A DNA stretch of 5,872 bases, taken from NCBI RefSeq assembly GCF_000150275.1, contig NW_002061261.1, positions 1 through 5,872 of the forward strand, in the 5' to 3' direction. Shown here piece by piece: positions 1 through 5,872 of the stretch. The translations under genes were made by a program, and so were the position numbers. This DNA comes from Trichoplax adhaerens. Lineage: Eukaryota > Animalia > Placozoa. The notes below the pieces were generated by a model that worked only from the letters and a program-made list of their open reading frames with translations, was not told the DNA's origin and did not search any database. Each line of letters starts with the position of its first letter. Positions within the stretch are counted from its first letter, which is position 1.

Positions 1-472
1 AACCTACAGTAAATTAACTGCTAACAACTTCTATTTTTATCTCATTTCTACCATCCTATTATCAGCTACAAGCGCATTAAAACATAGCACATAACCTTAT
101 CTTATCTATTCATAAGCATTCATTAATTTACAGTTACTTAATTAGTAACGGCGTACCGTGACACTAACAGATGCAAGTTTTCTTCACCTACTCAGCTACC
201 TTAGTCTTCACCGCTAGGTAATTAGTGCTACTTGTAGGATGCTGATTATGATTATTGTTTCATATCATACTAGATGCATTATGCTAATCAATACGGGTAT
301 TATTGTTGCACCTGATTCTATACTATTAATCCACATTGAATAGCTGCTTCATTACTCTCAATATATAGCAGTCCTGTAGATTATACAAGAATTATTATAA
401 TTCCGATTGTATCAACAGTTCACTAATTTTAAATGGTTATATGATACTGATATTGGGTATCAATATGTCATC

Positions 473-478
473 TTTATT
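473..478 (-). promoter_or_regulatory. Candidate polyadenylation signal (AATAAA) for the GPCR transcript
   Basis: Plus-strand tttatt at 473-478 is AATAAA on the coding strand, about 320 nt after the stop. TGTA (CFIm-type) motifs lie upstream on the coding strand at 515-518, 531-534 and 604-619. The downstream GU-rich element is not convincing. Confidence 0.35.
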
Positions 479-524
479 TCACAGCAGTAACTGTAAATTA
501 GCTATTAAATATTTTACATTTGTT

Positions 525-665
525 GTATAGTACATGTAGCCATAGCGTACTCGTATGTACGAGTCTATGACAGTAAGTATATGGTATACGTATATATGTT
601 ATATACATATACATATACATGGATAAGCGTACTACCATAAAGATGGATACGTATATTCGTATATA
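525..665. repeat. Low-complexity alternating purine-pyrimidine tract including (ATATAC)x3 at 601-618
   Basis: Directly visible: gtatacgtatatatgttatatacatatacatatacat, tacatgta, gatacgtatattcgtatata. Confidence 0.7.
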
Positions 666-800
666 GCAGCACGGTGCCATAGTAACTAGAATACTTGATT
701 ATGATTATAGAATTCTAGACATTCTATTGTCAATTGGCAATGAAATTTATGAATGTAAGTCCTCCAGTATTAAGATCTTTCTCAACCTTGAATACCAACT

Positions 801-1841
801 TTATTTTGGTCTACCATTACTAAATCCAAATTGAGATGTTGATAACATTTCGATCCTGTTGTTACGAAAAAACATTTGTTTATTAATATACTTACGCAAA
901 TCTGATTGTAAAAGACCATACATAACTGGATTAATGCATGGATAAGAGAATGCCAAAAATCGTAAGACGAAAAGTGCATCAATGATTTCAAGGTTAGGTC
1001 TAACTGCTCCGACATAAAGTGCGAAAAAGAAGATGACATATGGTAACCACGCGATGAGAAAAACGCCAACAATTATTGATAGATATTTAGCTGCTTTAAT
1101 GTTAAGAAACCTGCGTTGAGAATTATCTTGATCTGCCAATACTTTAAGCTGCTTATTGGCAATCAAAAATATATGACTATAGGCAAAGACCATGCAAATA
1201 ATTGGGACAAAAAATAATATTGAAAAGACTGCAATGAAATAACTTTCTTCTGCGGCTAAATTGTTGGAATTTACTAAAACGCAAGCTCCAGAGCTAAACT
1301 TGCGAAATGTTAATGGTGGAATAATAGCGATTGATAAAGGTAATACCCAGACCACACCAATGGAAATTGTGATAGCATAATTAGTAGCATGTTTCAAGTA
1401 GAAGAACGGGAATATAATTGCAATGTATTTATCTAAGCTTATCAAGCATAAATGAAGATTGATTACTATAGTGAAAAAGATACCAAGAAGCGCTGTTAAG
1501 CTGCAGTAGAACCAATTTTCAGAATTATTAATGATTGAACTTAACGCCCAACGAGGAAAAATATACATCGCTGACCAGAGTATACCTAAAACAGCCATAC
1601 TAGCAATAAAGCTATTACTAGGTTTTCTTAAGTTCTTAATATATGAAATTAAAAATAAAAATGAACAGTTGGTGAGTAGAGTGAATATTGCCAAAACCAA
1701 CCAAGCAATATTTTGACCATTTAAATCCAAACTTCTAGATCCAACTACTGAAGGACTTGTCGATGTATTTGCATTTGAGGCATTCCATGGCTGGGTTATG
1801 CTAAGCGTTGTTACATTAGGAACAGTTTTCGTTGATGTCAT
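801..1841 (-). CDS. Class A (rhodopsin-like) G protein-coupled receptor, orphan, apparently a single coding exon
   Basis: 346-aa ORF with seven hydrophobic segments and class A landmarks at the expected spacing: TM1 LLTN (N58=1.50); ICL1/TM2 LRKPSNSFIASMA; C113 (3.25) exactly 25 residues before 3.50; ISLDKYIAIIFPFFY (DRY-equivalent plus ICL2 PxxY); W165 (4.50); ECL2 C187; TM5 FFVP...Y221; TM6 KAAKYL...FLIAWLPY; TM7 INPVMY; and a helix-8-like SDLRKYI. The S/T-rich N-terminus has N-glycosylation sequons at N9, N20 and N25. Start context is AAAATG. No specific orthologue is recognisable. Confidence 0.96.
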   Translation of the reverse strand: MTSTKTVPNVTTLSITQPWNASNANTSTSPSVVGSRSLDLNGQNIAWLVLAIFTLLTNCSFLFLISYIKNLRKPSNSFIASMAVLGILWSAMYIFPRWALSSIINNSENWFYCSLTALLGIFFTIVINLHLCLISLDKYIAIIFPFFYLKHATNYAITISIGVVWVLPLSIAIIPPLTFRKFSSGACVLVNSNNLAAEESYFIAVFSILFFVPIICMVFAYSHIFLIANKQLKVLADQDNSQRRFLNIKAAKYLSIIVGVFLIAWLPYVIFFFALYVGAVRPNLEIIDALFVLRFLAFSYPCINPVMYGLLQSDLRKYINKQMFFRNNRIEMLSTSQFGFSNGRPK

Positions 1842-1877
1842 TTTAATAAAATTTCTTCTCTCGATATTATGTGTATA

Positions 1878-1896
1878 ATGGAAAGGGTCTATTTTA
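1878..1896. repeat. Left arm of a 19-bp inverted repeat (partner 2970-2988)
   Basis: ATGGAAAGGGTCTATTTTA. Its reverse complement TAAAATAGACCCTTTCCAT matches 2970-2988 at 18/19 positions. Confidence 0.75.
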
Positions 1897-1900
1897 TATA
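1892..1900 (-). promoter_or_regulatory. Candidate TATA box for the GPCR gene
   Basis: Minus strand reads TATATAAAA, matching TATAWAW, about 50-60 nt upstream of the ATG at 1841. This would give a TSS near 1870. Weak evidence because the DNA is AT-rich and an upstream non-coding exon is possible. Confidence 0.3.
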
Positions 1901-2969
1901 ATCTTATAGCGTAATATATTGCATAAGAAAAGCGTGGAATTTATAATTAACCAGAGGATAAAATCTATTGATAAAACATAAAACAATAGAATTCGGTATT
2001 AGTTAATATAATTTTACAAATTTAAATCAAAATTTTAAAAGTCGATAAGAGAAACCTAGAAAAGTTCTTTTTAATCTTAAGCCACTTATATCTGATTCAT
2101 ATTTTGCATGCTAATCAGTTAGTGTAAACTACACCGTGAAACTGTGAAGCACCCACCCATATACTATCGCAATAATATTGATCTATGATTGTCAAATGTG
2201 GGATAAGTGTGGGTAATAGATTTATATTACAGTATCAACCAAATACCAGATACTATAGCTGAAACATAATGTATCCATTCGCCGATGTTGTTGTTTACAG
2301 TTGTTAACGGTAAAATTCGTTTCAAATATTGTTTAGTATGAAAAAGCTTTAATGGTTATTTAGCATATTTCATAAAAAATTTATGACAGCTGGGTACATG
2401 CCAGCAAACATGGTCAATTATGAAACTTTACCAAAACGCCCTTTAAACGATTGATCATTAAGAAATATACTCTATATTTAGTTCTTATAATAAGAATCGA
2501 TATTTTATATTAAAGTTATAAAACCCAATGTATTGATGTTTTGATGTTAATGGATCATATGATGTTAATTTATGAAGAATTAAATAACTGAGATTATGTG
2601 ATTCTTAAAATAAGGATTAATAAAACCAATTAATTCCTAACTTTTAATTTATTCATTTCTTCAAGTATGATGAGAATTGGCTAAATAGCGAATTACTATA
2701 TTTCAGAGCTCTTAAACTATTAATACCGATTAAAAAGAAGAGATAGAGTTTAGATTTTTACGGTATATAGTATTAGCAAAAATATGCGTACACTTTTGAC
2801 AGAAAGTTCAATTAAAATTTGAATAGTAGAATTATACCAATAAATTTGCTACTTGGGGCTTAATGGAGATTGGGGTGGTAAATTTATTTGCTATTAGAAA
2901 GTTTTTGTAAAATCCCATAATAATAACATCGCCAACAGTTCGTGTTTTTTAAACTTATCTTTTTTAGGG

Positions 2970-2988
2970 TAAAATAGACCGTTTCCAT
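2970..2988. repeat. Right arm of a 19-bp inverted repeat (partner 1878-1896)
   Basis: TAAAATAGACCGTTTCCAT, with one mismatch (G versus C) to the reverse complement of 1878-1896. Confidence 0.75.
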
Positions 2989-4211
2989 GAATGCTAAACC
3001 CGATAGTCAAATTTATTCGTTCTCTATCATCCATAATATATGCATAGCAAATATTAAGCTACCTAAGCTAGTAAAGGCACGTCATTTAGGTTCTTGTAAT
3101 ATCAGTAGTATTTAGATCAATGTACATTTGTCACGAAACAGCTTTGCAGCAAGATAACGCAATATACGATCAATAAGTCAATTCCTTGAACCACGTATCA
3201 AGGAACGATATCTGAACTATCACGAACACTTTTGCTCTACTAGCAGACTACACAAAGACTTAAACGCCTCGTATTTTACGTTAAACACTAAGTTGGAGAA
3301 ATTACTTTATTTCACGATATACTGCATTTATATACTACTCCTCAATAGTTCATGAGTCATAGTTTACAATTAATAGAATCATTTACTGAATTAGATATTA
3401 ATTTTAGCTACTGCTCCCTTAATGCAGACAACAGTATTTACGAACATAGACATGTAATGACTAATACAGAATAGTCAGATTACGATATGTCCTCTCACGG
3501 AACATTTCCATGATAATTTAGAGTCTACCATAAGTAAATTACAATCACAATGATTCGAACTGTAAGCAGATGATTTGCATTCCTTATTATAACTATTAAT
3601 TTCAGTATGTGTATAAGTGTCACTGTCATAAAAAGTCAGTGCTATATTAAAACACAGTATATCCAAATTAGAAGTTAACTAAATAAGGATAGTCTAATAG
3701 AATTATCCTAACATAGATATTTCTACTGTAATACAGTATAACACTGTAACAACATTGCACTATAAAGAATGCAGAATACTTTCGGTATTTATTATCTTGA
3801 AATAGTCGACTTATATTTCATAAGAGAACAGTATAAAGTATGCAGTACTTGGTCGATATCAATCATCAGTTAGCTAATGTTATTTTAATTGCAATTAAAT
3901 TATGAACCTAGTCTTTCTATGAGTAGAGAATTATTAACTATCGACGTCAAGATCTTAAAGTATTTAAAAATTTGGTTGAAAACTTCAAAGACAATATGAT
4001 CTGTTTTACTAACATATGAGTATCAGTATGGATTTGCAGTTACAGAGTATGACTGTAGTAGGGTGTTCTCACCAGAATTAATATGACATTTTAGTATTAT
4101 CGAAAATAATCAATATACATAATGTTGATATTCTGTATTTAGTAGATATGATTTATAGTCTCATAAGAAAACCGAATAATTTTAAAGTTGTTTCATTGTT
4201 AATGAGCGGTA

Positions 4212-4525
4212 NNNNNNNNNNNNNNNNNNNNNNNNNNNNNNNNNNNNNNNNNNNNNNNNNNNNNNNNNNNNNNNNNNNNNNNNNNNNNNNNNNNNNNNNN
4301 NNNNNNNNNNNNNNNNNNNNNNNNNNNNNNNNNNNNNNNNNNNNNNNNNNNNNNNNNNNNNNNNNNNNNNNNNNNNNNNNNNNNNNNNNNNNNNNNNNNN
4401 NNNNNNNNNNNNNNNNNNNNNNNNNNNNNNNNNNNNNNNNNNNNNNNNNNNNNNNNNNNNNNNNNNNNNNNNNNNNNNNNNNNNNNNNNNNNNNNNNNNN
4501 NNNNNNNNNNNNNNNNNNNNNNNNN
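4212..4525. other. Assembly gap (314 N)
   Basis: Continuous run of N. The true content and length are unknown. Confidence 0.99.
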
Positions 4526-5872
4526 ATTGTTAACATATATTTATCCAATGTTTAAAAAAGAATATAGCTATTTATAACTAAAGTAATAGTTCGAATGATG
4601 TATCGTTTATCTAATTTGCTTACATTATTAACTATAAAAGAACATGCAAACAAAGATAATATATACAGAAGTCAATCTATTTATTTAAAAAGCTATTATA
4701 AAACGAGCTCTTCGCGGATATCTAGAAAATCTCAATTAGACCCTAATTATGCCTGCTGATCAAGGCATCTTTCTGTTAAAAATGTGATTTTAGTAGACAT
4801 TAATTAAATTATTAGCATCAAAATTCGAACTATTTGTATCTACAATATGATAAAATATATATACGTTAAAAGTTATCCAATTTTATCTTAATTAAAAGGA
4901 GCTTGGATGTTACTTAAAAGAAAGAAATAGGAAAGTAATGGTAACTCCTTTAAAACCAATTCCAGTTTGAAATAACGTAATTGTCTTAGTCTGAACCTTT
5001 TATCTTTTATAAATAGACGTATTTATGTTGGTAAAATTTTGTTAAAGTAAAGTCCCTACGTACTATGTTACATAAATAACGACAGAGAGAATAAAACTAT
5101 ATTACGGGTATGCTTAGTACTGTCCTTCCTTATTGAAATAATCAAGAAAATAATTATGCACTTTGACGTGAAAAATTTTTCCATCGAAATTTGCTGTTAC
5201 TAAAATAGAGAATTATACTCATTAAAATTAAAATAGTAAGGGAATAACTGTTGATTGTAGCACAAAAAATAGTATTTTAAAAGTGAGAATAGGAGGAATT
5301 CATTTTTATCTCATAAGACTTCCGTAAATATATAAGATCGCGTCATTTTTATAAAATAACTTATTGTTATAAAGGAGAGTTCAATCAGATAAACTTCCAT
5401 TAACAAATTGTAGTTCTCCCATATAATAATCTTGTTAATTAATTTGTTGGCAGTTTCCGCTACCGGGCTATTATGACCCGACGAAATCTTAAATTAAAAA
5501 CAGTAAATTACCAAATATAACTCTTGCATAACTCTATTTTACTTTAGAACAGGGTTAGAATTCAAACTGTTTATGATTTTATACTAGCTACCTACATACA
5601 GTGACGATCTAATATTATGTAAAATTTACAGTCATGATGAGTTTTCTATTGAGTTTATATGGTAATCATCAAATGATCTGATATAAATATATTAATAACA
5701 ATCGCATCGGTATATTTATCCATTCGCTTTGCTAACATGAACGCTGTTTAGGAGAATTCTATAAACAGTGGTGCAATCGCTATTGTCTAATTAAGCTAAT
5801 ATGAAGTCGATAATAAATCATTTTCATAGTTATTAGATGCGAAATAAATTGATGATTACTACCATCAGTATT

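Noticed and set aside
498-680. 60-aa minus-strand ORF
   Set aside because: Translation of the TA/TACA low-complexity tract (Y/M/I-rich); not protein-like.
243-708. 13-bp direct repeat TGATTATGATTAT at 243-255 and 696-708
   Set aside because: Low-complexity, AT-rich and non-extendable; plausible by chance.
782-1072. 96-aa ORF in an alternative minus-strand frame
   Set aside because: Almost wholly nested in the GPCR TM6 to C-terminus region with no recognisable motif; a frame shadow.
1531-1716. 61-aa plus-strand ORF
   Set aside because: Short, antisense to GPCR TM1-TM2, and has no independent support.
801-1841. Assignment as an opsin, aminergic receptor or ACKR2 orthologue
   Set aside because: No Lys at 7.43 and no Asp at 3.32. 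It lacks chemokine-receptor hallmarks such as the TxP motif and the N-terminal/ECL3 cysteine pair, so DKY alone does not imply orthology.
1842-1943. Reading frame stays open for 33 codons upstream of the ATG
   Set aside because: No in-frame Met before the stop at 1941-1943, and the annotated N-terminus already looks complete. An upstream spliced exon is not excluded but is unsupported.
3475-3666. 63-aa minus-strand ORF
   Set aside because: Threshold length, no recognisable domain, and composition like flanking non-coding DNA.
4148-4555. Two ORFs of more than 130 aa
   Set aside because: Artefacts of reading through the N gap.
4705-4726. Cluster of restriction sites (GAGCTC, GCTCTTC, GATATC, TCTAGA) resembling a polylinker
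   Set aside because: Only 22 bp, the order matches no polylinker I recognise, and the flanks look genomic. A VecScreen search would settle it.
1-5872. CRISPR array, tRNA/rRNA, transposase or prokaryotic operon
   Set aside because: No regularly spaced repeats, cloverleaf, rRNA-like sequence or suitable ORFs; the low coding density and class A GPCR indicate eukaryotic DNA.

Overview
AT-rich eukaryotic genomic DNA, most likely from a non-vertebrate animal. The composition and receptor style are reminiscent of early-branching animals such as placozoans, but this is inference only. The one well-supported gene is an uninterrupted 346-aa class A (rhodopsin-like, 7tm_1) GPCR on the minus strand (801-1841). 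It keeps the 7TM scaffold (N1.50, C3.25 plus ECL2 Cys, W4.50, P5.50, F6.44/W6.48/P6.50, NPxxY). However, most of the allosteric sodium pocket is replaced (D2.50G, S3.39I, N7.45Y, S7.46P), DRY is DKY, and two arginines face the likely ligand pocket. About 4 kb upstream appears non-coding and includes a 314-N assembly gap. A 19-bp inverted repeat pair (18/19 match) brackets about 1.1 kb immediately upstream of the ATG and overlaps a candidate TATA box. The putative 3' UTR holds an alternating purine-pyrimidine tract with a hairpin, UGUA/Pumilio-like motifs and an AATAAA. I see no rRNA, tRNA, CRISPR array or transposase.
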